Shown: one piece after another, positions 1 to 11,391 of the stretch
Numbering within the stretch: position 1 is the first letter of the stretch
How the letters are laid out: the number at the start of each line of letters is the position of its first letter
NCBI GenBank assembly: GCA_050230475.1
Contig: JBFLGF010000063.1
Span: 62,001-98,627, forward strand
Length of the DNA stretch: 36,627 nt
Reading direction: 5' to 3'
Origin: Ancylonema sp.
Taxonomy: Eukaryota
Translations under genes and position numbers: made by a program
Notes under the pieces: model-generated
Seen by the model: only the letters and a program-made list of their open reading frames with translations
Database searches by the model: none
Told to the model about the DNA's origin: nothing

Positions 1-628
1 ATAACGACTTTTTTTTTCCCAAAAAAAGTGTCCTTATATCGAGGTGTCGCTATACACTCTATAAGGACATTTACTACTAGAGTCTGAAATATGTGTCCTT
101 GTATCGAGGGACTTCGCGAATGAAGTAAAGTGGATAAGCAAATGTGTTTATTATGTGTTTCCTAGAGTAAGTTGCCCTCGCATGCTTATCCAATTCAACG
201 TGTGTGTTTATATATGAGCTATACAAGTGCGTCATGAATTATGATGCATGTATTGGTATCATGACTCACGATACCAATACATGCGGATGGACAAAATATA
301 CCAAAAAACTTTACGAAGAAAGTTGGGGAGGTATCAAGGTTATTACAAAGCAACACCGGACATGCACATTCTGTTGGACATGGAGGAAACGCAGTGGAGG
401 TTTCTAGATTTTTATCGATTTCCAAACATCGTTATTTGCGAGCAATAGCGTTATATACACAGTATAAGGACATTCCGTAACAAATTTATGAAATAATTTG
501 TCTTTATATAGAGTGTCGTTATGCTTATATCGAGGGCGATTTCATATTGATTTTTAAAAAGTTCAAAACAATTGTCGTTATATCGAGGTTGTCCTTATAA
601 AGAGGGCCGTTATATCGAGGGAGCATTG
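1..628. mobile_element. pogo/Tc1-mariner-type MITE, truncated by the window start
   Basis: Ends in ...GCCGTTATATCGAGGGAGCATTG followed by TA (629-630). Colinear along its length with the complete element at 24467-25097. The window begins inside the left TIR (ATAACGAC). Contains internal GTCGTTATATCGAGG-like subterminal repeats. Confidence 0.85.
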
Positions 629-639
629 TACATGTATGT

Positions 640-2564
640 CAACATTGAGTGACACAATTTAGTTTCATACATCATATATGTCCACATCTTCTCTTTTTTT
701 ATCTCATCATTCCTAATATCAATAACATTATCGACAACATAATAATCTCGAAGGGACCAAGGTAATATCATAAATGGATCAATCGTCATTTTCCTCCAAA
801 TAATGATTCTAACAAAAAACGTACACGCCATCTTCCCTAAATTCCCCTTCAAACGTCAACCTTCAAATTATGTTCATCTTCATTTATCTCATCTTCTTTG
901 TCGCTGCCGAGTTCCTCAAATTAAGTCGTGGTATTCTCGACGACCAAATCCGGTTGCCAACCTTTTATTCTTTAATATGTATACACAATCGTTTTCTCTC
1001 GCGGGGGCTTTCATGTTGCTATGGATGCAATTATAAAGGCTCCAAATTCCGTCGCAAGCTACCAAAACGTGCGAGATGGGATCAATAAAATTAAAGAGCA
1101 CCGATGACGTAGTGAGTCGATGGTATGATGTTTTTTGAAAGTGGATCGACATGATTTAAGGCGTGTCGATGAAGAAGAGTTGAAGTGGTAGTGCTCCCCT
1201 CATGTTACAGATGAAGTGATGGCGTTTGAGTCTCGTCAATGACGGCGAAGATCACACACTCAAGGCAGTGTTCGCAAATTATTCGTTGTGCTACTTATTG
1301 TTGGCAAGTTTGCTCCCACGCGAACTACAATTTGCACACTTGCAACGAGGAAAACTAGAAGAATAGTTAGACGGCACAACTTTTGATCGGCAATTAATTC
1401 CCGAGATCACGAGTATATAGTTTCTATAGTATGCACTGAGGTGATCGAGCGGAGAGCGGAGGCTAATATCAAGTTTTTTGGTGTGAGAGCTGCACAAAAT
1501 CATCGATAATTGCATTCCAAACACGACACGGTTTGTGACTGACAGGGGTCTCGTAAACAAGGAGATTTGAAGCTCGCAAACCATTGAAACAACAAAGGAG
1601 TGCGAAGGCGACGTAGATGGAGAGTGACCTCTTGGAAATCGGAGAAAAATCCCATGGTGGAATAGACGCAAATTTTTGAAAATGCAATTACAATGGTTGA
1701 ACTCAAGTTCAACGAATTCTGGAGATTCCTCATCGCGTAGCACGTTTTATGCACTCTCATATGACACCGGGTACGCGTGTCGGTCCAAAATATTCGAGAA
1801 CAAATGCTCATCCCACCTCTAAAGACGTCTTGTTATAACGTTGAAAAAATAACAAAAAATTGGATAGTATCTATGGTACACATCATTTACATGTCACCGC
1901 GATGTATTTTAATATAACGGCCGACACGGTATACGTATGATCGACGCATGTAATATTATAATCAAATCTGATCTGAGGGCGGAGGCCGACGACTTGAAGC
2001 TCGGACGAGGAGTATCGAAGGCGGGGGCGTTGCTACGACGGAATTTAATGTAGCGGCGCGGTATGTGAAGGCGAATCGGTGTTGACTCAATATTATCGAG
2101 GAGTTAAACAAGGTATGGTCTCTACGCGCAAGACACCCGCACTTGACACTAGAGAGGTGATATAGTGCGCCCTAGAAGCTGCTACGGGTGGGATGGCGGA
2201 ACGGTGCAAGAGAAGGTTTAAGAATACTTATTTCTATCGTAACTAAAACTTGCAATGACAATGAACAATTCATAATGTCGAAACTCAAGTACTCATCAAC
2301 TTTACTTTTCCATTGTCCGGATGTTGGTTGCGCACTTGGGTTGACTTCATCTTTAGACTCGTTCAACCTTGGATCGTTACACAGATTCTCGTTGTTGACG
2401 GATTGTCCATATTCGGCTAACACCACGATGTATCCCTCATGATCCAACTTGATGGTAAGGAGAGATATGGGGAGATTTGAGTGGATACTAAACGGTTGAG
2501 GCGCTATACTCTTTACGACGCCACTATTTTTATGTACCTTCGAGGCAAACCCCCACCGGATCAT
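640..2564 (-). other. Cluster of degenerate, unassigned ORF-like segments
   Basis: Minus-strand ORFs at 916-1152, 1291-1743 and 2172-2564 have protein-like composition. The first two appear to continue across stops or frameshifts. No recognisable domain. Confidence 0.2.
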
Positions 2565-3329
2565 ATTTCACGCAAGTTCATTTGCAAAGAATCTTTGTTT
2601 GTTGTTGTGGGAATTCATATATTGTGATTGGATGTTATTGCGAATGTATATAATATAACGTTCAGAAACGTATGAATCAAATGAGCGTTTGAATATATGA
2701 CTTTCCGGGGATACGGAAATATTGTATAGCCCGGAAGTGTCGTTTTTATCGAAAATTTTGTCACCCTTTGATGTCAGAATTAGTATGTTGTGAGAAGCAC
2801 CCGGAACTATTAATTAGTGGCATCAATGTGTCTGAACTCCCGGAATTCGACTAGATGTGCCGGGAAGGTCGATTCAAGTCATAGTGGTCGATTTTTTTCA
2901 TTGCTATGTGAATATTTTGAAGAAGTTGTCAGAAATCATCGATTTGGCATACGGGTGGGTGTGACTCAATCGTCCGGACATTTCTAGTTACTAACGATAT
3001 TGTATTGTCAAATAGTGCTACCTACCCTTATCCATCATGGATCGGATTGTCTTCGGAAGGGTGGTGAAGCCGTCTTTGGCTTGCGCTCATCTCGTGCAAG
3101 TATAATTTTGTGCGGGCATGTTGGAATGTTCATCTTGTCGAGTTAGTTGTCGTTTCGTTCATTCTAATTGATGACGAGTCATCGAAAGCATCGAGTGATT
3201 TTTAACATCTAAGGCCCTGCGCCGGTCGGAAATTTTCCGCACGCGTGTGAAATGTCGCGGTCCACACGCGCGCTAAACTCGCACGCCTCCAAGTCACCAC
3301 AAATTTTGCGCCTGGTAGCGATTTTGGAC

Positions 3330-3566
3330 CATAGTTGGGCCCGATCCCGCCCGATCCCCGATTTGGATCAGACCCGGATCTGACTCGATCCGGATTGGCG
3401 CCAGGTCGGACACTACGAGGAAAAAAATGAAAGAACCTCGAAAACGTTCTCTTATTTTGTGCGTTTTACTGTAAAACTTTTACCATACGTTTGGTGCATC
3501 TGATCCGGATCGACGCTGGATCTGGATTAGGTCCGAGATTCTCCGATCAGATCGGACCCAGCTATG
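3330..3566. mobile_element. hAT-like MITE (CATAG-terminated, GATCCG-rich subterminal repeats)
   Basis: Imperfect TIRs CATAGTTGGGCCCGATC ... GATCGGACCCAGCTATG. The 8-bp flanks TTTTGGAC / ATGTAGAC match at only 5/8. Related termini occur at 30640-30704 and 31172-31493. Confidence 0.6.
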
Positions 3567-3907
3567 ATGTAGACCGCTCAACAGTAAACATGGTTAGCTC
3601 CGCCCTGGGAAGAAAATTTTCTACTCGGGGCGCCGCCCGGGAGAGACCCCGGGTGGGGAAAACGGGGCGGAGCCACAGGCCTAAATACCCTACAAAAAAC
3701 TAGTTGGTCAAAACTGACTTCCTGGAGAGGGTGGTTGTCAAATGCCATACGCCACACGTCATACATCATCCGTTGTCAATTATGAGTCCGTTTTCGTGGC
3801 GAGGCGGCGCATAATGCGAAAAAATAAAGTATTAAAAAATGTAAAGTGTATTGAATGAATTGAATGTACAAAAACATCTTACACAGATAAATAATAGCTT
3901 ATAATAA

Positions 3908-4859
3908 GAGCATCCCTTATGACTGCCTAACTTTCTGGTTAAGTAGGGCCCGCTATCCGGCCCGAATAGGGTCGCAGGCAATCACTTATTTGTGCGTGTG
4001 ACCCTTATGAATTGGGGTAACTTCGCGGGATAAGGTAACTCGGTGTACAGTCACCAGTTCGCACGCTGCAATGCCACGTTGGCGAGCCTCTTTGCCTCCT
4101 CCGCTCCGCTCGGCGTTGCTTCGCTGCGCCTCTTCCGCCTCTTCTGCTCCCTTCCTTTGCCAGCGTTCCTTCCACCGCAGTCCAGCAGTCCACGATTTAT
4201 CCGCCCGACACCAACACTACTTCAAAAAATCATCGAAGATGTGAAAATGAAAGCTTTTAATTTTTTCTTTTAGATCTCCTAAAATCAAGAATAACTGACG
4301 TTGAAATAATTCACAGTCTCAGAAATTGAAACATGACCTCAAAACTCGCGCGACGGGTGAAATAAGATAAAATAAAGTTTTATTTGTTTTTTTTTTCATA
4401 GAAGGTAGAAGATTAATAAAGCGACATATATATTAAAAGTTCAAAACAAATGGCGAAGAATTCATTCAAAGCGAGCAAATCGTGTCAGCGACTGAATCGG
4501 TGAAGTCATGGAGGCAACGCATTGACAGAGAGGGAAGCCGAACGAAGCGTAACTTCGCCCAAATTTGGAAGGTCTGGCGTCGAACCTCGGTTCGCTGACT
4601 GGACAGAGCACGATCGATCGAGATTGCGGTGATTGGTGCGGATAAATAATTGCCACGTAGGATTTGCCATCTCGAGAGTTACGCGAGCTCTATTCATGCG
4701 TAACTTCATCTCTGAGTAGCGAGAAATTCATGGCGCTATTAACTTTCAGGTAAGTCGCTATCCTAATCGAAGTCATAAGGGTTGCATTTCCCCCTAATTA
4801 TGGTAACACCCCGGCGCAATACCTATTTCCCGAAAGTCACGCGGTCATAAGGGATGCTC
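3908..4859. mobile_element. Non-autonomous PIF/Harbinger (Tourist-like) element
   Basis: Perfect 16-bp TIR GAGCATCCCTTATGAC ... GTCATAAGGGATGCTC, flanked by TAA (left) and TTA (right). Internal CCCTTATGA / TCATAAGGG subterminal copies. No transposase ORF. Confidence 0.75.
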
Positions 4860-5333
4860 TTAGAGCATCAAAACTGTCATTAAAACTCAATTACTTGTTG
4901 GATCTGAATGTGGAAAAGATGTACATGATCTACGTGGTCTTGGATCCAAAACTCTTCAAAACCTCTATTGCTGCTCGGGGCGGGCTCGCTCAGGGCGAAA
5001 ACTGGGGCGAAAATTGGGGCGAAAATTGCGGGGCGGAGGCAACTCATAGAGTTGTTTCCTTGCGCTCATGCGCTCATGCGCTCACGCGCTCGCTGATCCC
5101 TCGGCTGGACGCCTACCCTCGATCGGAAGCAGAACGGCAGGTGGCGCGACAAGAGCCGCAACTGGACGAATCCGACATAGGATAGACAAAGGATGCACTA
5201 GAAATAATTGTTAACTTCTGACCGAACGCATTATTATGCAGGTAGCTTAAGTCTCTCATGATTCTTCTGGTTTCTTTCTAAATCAATCTCTACGAGTCCT
5301 GTAAACTTGAAGGCCGAATACTGCTTCCTCGTG

Positions 5334-5696
5334 ATGGTGAATCCCTGGTGGGGCTTAGCAGGAGGTGTGGTCCCCATCGTGCTGCTTCGGACTATTTTTA
5401 CGGGTCAGCAGTCCGGTTCTACCATCAATACAGAAGCTGTTCGTGACAGAGACTTGGAACATTTCGTGTGCTCCCGTGTCTGCACGAGCAAAAAAATGCT
5501 TTCTAAGGTCGGCGCACTGTCTAAGGACCCGACCCCGAATACGTGCGTTACAGTGTGCGGCGAATCCGAACACGACTGCTGTGAGGAAGCATGCCGGATG
5601 ACGGTCTGTGTCATTCCACACCACGTCCCCAACTGGAACGAAGTCTGTATGAGGAGGTGTTCCAGCGAATGTCTCAAATCCCTTGAGAAGAATTAA
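5334..5696 (+). CDS. Conserved plant Cys-rich small protein, At5g64816-like, 120 aa, N-terminal hydrophobic segment
   Basis: ATG at 5334 (MVNPWWGLAGGVVPIVLL). The C-terminal block FVCSRVCTSKKMLSKVGALSKDPTPNTCVTVCG...C.EAC...VC...H.VPNWNEVCMRRCSSECLK matches my recollection of the uncharacterised plant At5g64816 family. Single exon, TAA at 5694-5696. Confidence 0.85.
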   Translation: MVNPWWGLAGGVVPIVLLRTIFTGQQSGSTINTEAVRDRDLEHFVCSRVCTSKKMLSKVGALSKDPTPNTCVTVCGESEHDCCEEACRMTVCVIPHHVPNWNEVCMRRCSSECLKSLEKN

Positions 5697-6821
5697 GGGT
5701 GGATACTCCTGAACTATCGGCGCACTATCTAGCCGGCTGCTGAACCCAAGCCGGATGCTGGACAAAGTTTTCGGTGTCACCTTCAAGGTTATGCTGCATT
5801 CTGGAGTAAGGCCTACTGTGCCAGCACCTCCTTCTCCTCCACTTACCTTCTTCCCTCTGGAACTCATACATTTTTGTAGCGAATTCTGAGCCGGACAGCT
5901 AAATATCTGCAGCTGCTTGATGGCCACTTTCTGTGCTACTAGTGCTACACTTCACGAAAAGATAGTGCACAATGACCTGGAGTGCGGCACTTGGCTCTGC
6001 GACGTCGTCGAAGGGAACTCCTTTGGTACTGATGCCACCATGCAGCTCAAAGTGACAACACTGTGATAAAGTAGGTGCTTGTGAGGTCCCTCTGTACATT
6101 GTGTGCTGCGAGCGACCCGAGGCTGTCAGAATAAATCTTCAGCTATATTTTTGGCGGAGGTCACTGATTTTTGAATGTTCGGAAGCATGACATTTGGCTT
6201 AGTATGGAAGCTAGATACTCGAGGTATGAGACCACAACGTGATTTGGCAATGGATGTTGAATTGTTAGTATTTTCTTTCTTACAATGGAATCGACTTTGT
6301 CTCACAATATTAGTATCTGGTATGAAGACACATGCAATGTCAAGAGGAATCCCTTGTTTGTAATTCTTCCACAAATTTTGAATCGAAGTGCATAATATAA
6401 ATATGTGTGTCGGTTGTGTATGACATGATTGTGATCCCCATATGCATGAGTGACGGAGGGAACAAGTTGTGATATTGATATGGCCGAGGGTTTACATTAT
6501 CCACTTGAAGCGTCAATTACCTGTGCCTTTCAAGCACTAAAATGGGTGTGAAGTTTTGTTGGAGGGTGCTTTTGGGTGTTCTTTCAAGCTAGGTTATGGA
6601 TATTGATTGTCATGTTTCTTTAGCCAATAATCCAAAATTACAGTGTGCGCATCAATAATATGAAAATAATGGAATGGCTTGCAGCATTCCTACACAGTCT
6701 CAACTTCAAAGAGTTACTCTCTCGTTATAGTACCCTTCAATTCTGCAGTGTTCTATCTCTACACATAAAAGCCTCAAGATAGTGTAGTAACAAGCGATAT
6801 AGTAAGTCAACATAACCTGCC

Positions 6822-7243
6822 TGTGAGAACTTTCTTCTGCCATCGATGCAAGAATAAAGTTCACTTCTTCTTAATCTCTTTGAATCAAGCAGATCACGTC
6901 ATTAAAAACGTTGACACAACAAATGTGCAAGTTTGAAGTAGAAAGTATTGATTACAGAATTCAGCATGCAAGCTCAGACCTAATACAGTCGATTGCTGCC
7001 TGGTCAAAGAATCTACTGCTATCGAAACTACTTCGTCAACTGCCAATCATATCTAAGCATTCTGCCACATCAACTAGTTCTTATCGACACTTGGCCAGAT
7101 GGGCCAAGTAATCATTGAAACAAGGACGTCGCAGCCGGCCTGCAGCCTGCCTGCATGCTGAATAACGACAAAACTAAAGCTAAATTCCAGGAATTGCTAA
7201 AATCGATATAACGACAAAAGTTCACAGCCCCTAAAAACTAACA
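6822..7243 (-). repeat. 3' LTR of Copia element A (422 bp)
   Basis: TGTGAGAACTTTC...AAAACTAACA, direct repeat of 18394-18808. Confidence 0.93.
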
Positions 7244-7253
7244 CCCCCTCCCT
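7244..7253 (-). promoter_or_regulatory. Polypurine tract of element A
   Basis: AGGGAGGGGG on the minus strand, immediately before the 3' LTR. Confidence 0.85.
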
Positions 7254-7304
7254 GGGTACTTTTGTAATCCCCCTCCAAAAACGATGACCAAAACGATATC
7301 GATT

Positions 7305-10229
7305 TTACAAACACAAGTCGACAAAAATTTCATACACCAACCCCACCAGATCACAATTTTTCTTCAACACCTTGACAGACACTGCTTTAGTCAACATATC
7401 AGCAGCCTGGTCTTCACTCTTGACAAACTGTAGACTGGTCTTTTTCTTGGACACCCTCTCTTGACTGGAATGATACTTGATCTCGATGTGTTTGGAGCGC
7501 TTGTGGAAAACAGATTCTCAGCAAGTTTCAAAGAACTCTCATTGTCTCCCAGCAATAGCACACTCCCCCCACCAATACCCAACTCCTTTTGCATCTGGCT
7601 CAAAGAAATGGCCTCATTTCCAGCAGCACTCAATGCCAAATACTCACATTCACAGCTTGAGTGTGTGACTGTCTCCAGGAGACCACTTTTCCAGCTCACA
7701 ACAGCTCCTCCACGAAGAAAGACATAGCCAGTTCTCCCCTTCCTAGTTCGACGTCGTCACCATGACTAGCATCTGAGTAGCCGATGACTGGCAAATCATT
7801 GACAGTTCCCTTGAGATATCGCAAAACTCTCTTTACCCCCTCCCAATGCTTGTCCCCTGACTGCTGACTGTATCGACACAAGGAGTTAACAGCGGCTGCC
7901 AGATCAGGTCTTGTTCCGAAAGTGAGATACAGCAAACTGCCCATTGCAGACTTGTAGCCCACACCCTCTTCAAATTGCAAGCATGCCCATTGCAGACTTG
8001 TAGCCCACACCCTCTATTCCAGCAGATTCAGAAGCAGATTCACAGTTTGCAGAAAATTTGACACCCAGCTCAAGAGGAGTAGAAGCAGAATTGCAATCTT
8101 GCATCCCAAACTTGGTGAGGAGATCTCTGGCATATTTCTCTTGCACTAAAAACACGTTTCCATCAGACTGCCGTCGAATCTCAAGCCCCATCAATAATTT
8201 TGCTTCCCCCAAGTCTTTCATGTTATACTTCTTTCCCAGCCCTCTTTTCACCCCAAAAATAGCATCCAGCCTGATGCAGAGGAGAAACACATTATCCACA
8301 TAGAGCGCCAAGTAGAGTGCTTCTGGCCCTGCTCCCAGAATATAAAGGTCAAAATCTGAAGCGAGACGATGAAACTGCAAGCTTTTCAGCACGTCGTCGA
8401 TGTGCTGATTCCATCCTCTCGGTGCCTGCTTGAGGCCATACAAGCACCTGAGTAGTAGACCAAATCTGCTTCACCAGACCCACACGTGCCGTCAGGGGCC
8501 TTCATGTACACCTCCTCTTCCAGGGGTGCATGGAGAAAAGCTGTCGTTACATCCATCTGATGCATGTGTAGACCCCTGGAAGCTCCCATGGCAACAAGTT
8601 GGCGAATGCTCTCAAAACGAACAGTTGGAGAAAAGGTCTGATCGTAGTCCTCTCCCTCTACTTGACTGAACCCCTTAGCCACAACTCTTGCTTTGTATTT
8701 TTCTACAGAACCATCTGCATTGAATTTGATTTTGAACACCCACTTTGACTTCACAACTTTCTTCCCCTTCGGCCTTGACACAAGTCGATAGACCTGGTTC
8801 TTGTAGACTTGCCATTTTTGCAGCCATTGCATCTTTCCACTCAGCTGCTTGTGGGCTGTTAAGAGCGTCCTCGACAGTCGTTGGTGTCTTTATCTCACTT
8901 TCCAAGTTGGCAACAAAAGCAGCAACAAATTTGTTGGGATGCATTCCTCTGTTCTCCCTTGCAGATCGACGAATAGGCTCTGGATCATCGATAGAAGTTT
9001 CTGAAAAAAGTTGTCCTTCACGCCAATTGGATTAAGAGGAGTAGCATCATCTGGATATCATTCTGGACCATCTTCCAGATGATCTTCGGTCTTCATCGCC
9101 TCCACTAGAATTGCTGACAAGTTCCGGAAGATCTGCACTTTGAGGAAGAGGAGATCTCGGAAGCTGTGGCAATGGGTTTCCGACAGCATCAGGGATCTCT
9201 TCATCGACAGAATTTGGATCGCCATAGGCAGGTTGCCCACCTCCAGAAATACCCCCTCCGAGACCAACACTACCCCTCCTTGATCAGTTGCATCCAGATC
9301 TGGCCATGACATTTTTGTTTCTGCAACTGGCTCATGCACTCTTGCCTTCTTGCCAATTTTCTGTCCCCTCCACCAGCTTTGCTTGACGATTCATCGAAGT
9401 CTGCATGACCAGTGCCAACGTTGTGTACTTTGTTCGTTGCAAGATCCCAGACTCGGTGCAAGGACTGTCGGGATTCCATCCAACTAACACACCAAGCCAA
9501 GCCAGCGCACTCATTTTCCCAGCCCATCTTATTTCTAGCAGCCGAATGATCGAAGATGATCGACCTTTGGCACCTCTCCTGACCACATCTCCTCTGGAGT
9601 CCTTGGAAGACCGCTGACTTGACATCGATTTCTGAGATATGAAGCTAAGGAGATTGCTTCTGCCCACAGACCACAGACCAGGAGGAAGTTGCATGTGCAA
9701 AAGCATAGAGCGAGCCCTGTCTTGCAACGTACGATTCATGCGCTCTGTGATTGCATTGCCTTGAGGAGTGTTTGGCGGAGTTGTCTCATGTCTGATGCCT
9801 CTGTTTTTTAGCCACTTGTGCAGATCACCATCGATAAACTCTCCTCCTCGATCTGATCTCAGATTTTTAACAGGTTTCCCAGCTTGTCTTTGCCAGATTG
9901 CGATCCATTGCTTCAGACGAGGAGTTGCATCATCTTTGCTGCGAAGTATTTCCACCCAGGATTTTCGGCTGTATTCATCGACGAGCACCATGTTGTACAC
10001 TCCTCCCCCTATTGATGCTGGATTACGGCCCTGCCAAGTCCACCGACACTCTTCCCGCAGACTTGTTCTCCTGCACCACCTTCTCGTCGAGGATGAGGTT
10101 TGTCGTGTGCCTTCCCCAGCTTGCATCCTTCACAGTTTTGCAGAACTCGTGAGATGCCTCCTTCCAGTCCTCGTACAAGATGTTGTCGTGCCACATTTTT
10201 GAGCACTCTCTCATTTGCCAGGTTGATTT
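7305..10229 (-). pseudogene. Frameshifted pol of element A (integrase, RT, RNase H)
   Basis: CEGCKLGK zinc finger. Integrase motifs VLVDEYSR, LRSDRGGEF, PQGNAITERMNRTL. RT motifs KWVFKIK...KYKARVVAKGFSQ, QMDVTTAFL, YGLKQAPR, LYVDN. RNase H motifs GYSDASH, SSCECEY, QAADMLTKA. Split over many frames. Confidence 0.92.
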
Positions 10230-10687
10230 TATAAGCTTTTGAGTGATTAGACGTGCCGGAATAATTAGGTGGGCGACAAAACGAACCGTACGCCAAAGGA
10301 TCTCTATCACTGATGATCAACGAGACCGGAGTGGCGTGTGTGGAACGAATTATTCTTGTGATTGCATCGGGGATGGTAATACCCGATGCGCTTTACAGAT
10401 TGGTGTGTGCCGACGGTCGGCACAATTGACCGCTATCATTGACAAACAGCTGACAGCTCTTCTACATGTCAACGGCACATGCCGGACCTTTCTGACCCGA
10501 CTAAACAAGCCAGTCACGACGCTTCAAACAAATAACGTCTCTAAGCGTCGGAAACATGTCAGGTGCCCGGGCACAATCTTGCCCGGCCCCGCATACCAGG
10601 CACATCTAGAATATTGCTCCCCCCGGTTAGAGTAACTTACAACTGGACTAGCACGCATAACATATGGCTATCCAAAATATTCTAACA
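10230..10687 (-). repeat. 3' LTR of Copia element B (458 bp)
   Basis: TATAAGCTTTTGAGTG...AATATTCTAACA, direct repeat of 16346-16816. Confidence 0.92.
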
Positions 10688-10696
10688 CACCCACTC
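10688..10696 (-). promoter_or_regulatory. Polypurine tract of element B
   Basis: GAGTGGGTG on the minus strand, adjacent to the 3' LTR. Confidence 0.7.
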
Positions 10697-10851
10697 GGAT
10701 GCCATGCTAAAGTTGGCATAGATGCAGACATCAAAAGGAGTACCCAAGTCATTGCCAAATCATGGCAGAACCATTGCATAACATATACAACAGTTTTAGT
10801 CTTCCCTAGCATACAAGCGTGCTAGGGGTTTCTATCAATAACTGCAGCCGT

Positions 10852-10905
10852 TCGGAAGACGATCGGAAGACGATCGGAAGCCGATCGAACTCCAGAAGAC
10901 GATCG
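10852..10905. repeat. Short 11-bp tandem repeat in the 3' UTR of element B
   Basis: About 3 copies of TCGGAAGACGA plus a degenerate copy. Confidence 0.6.
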
Positions 10906-11391
10906 CTCCAGATCCTTAGTCGTTTTTGCCGGAGCCCTGAACATACAACAAATGCCTCAAGTTAGGCGAAAAACAAAAAAACTTATGAAAATATTTTTTG
11001 ATTTCTTAACTTTTTCAACTTCACGATTCTGAAACTCTTTCCAGTCAGAAAAATCTCAAAACAGCATAACTTCAAAATTAGTCCCTCAGCACCAACTTTT
11101 GACACAAGTTTTGTGCAACAATGATTAGGACATACAAACGAAAATTCAGAACAAACTGACAAGTTTAAAGTTGAGCAGATTCACACTTTCTGATTTTAAA
11201 CTTTTTCAGCGTTTTCAAGTGTCTTTTCATATTAAGGTAAGAGTGTGACTTAGCTGGATGAGCTGAAGTTGGTGTACCCTCCCCATTACTTCTGCATAAA
11301 AAGAAACATAACAACACACCCCCTGGCCAACATGCATGGCATTCGAAACCTTCGATCATAAAAATAAAAGAAAAAGACTGACACCCCCAGT

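Noticed and set aside
204..448. Short ORFs shared with 24646-24936
   Set aside because: Interior of a non-autonomous MITE family; frames are not conserved and there is no DDE transposase motif.
5355..5927. 190-aa minus-strand ORF
   Set aside because: Antisense shadow of the conserved Cys-rich gene; no motif of its own.
10243..10635. 130-aa ORF repeated at 16359-16667
   Set aside because: Lies inside the LTRs of element B; the repetition reflects the LTR pair, and the frame is not preserved between copies.
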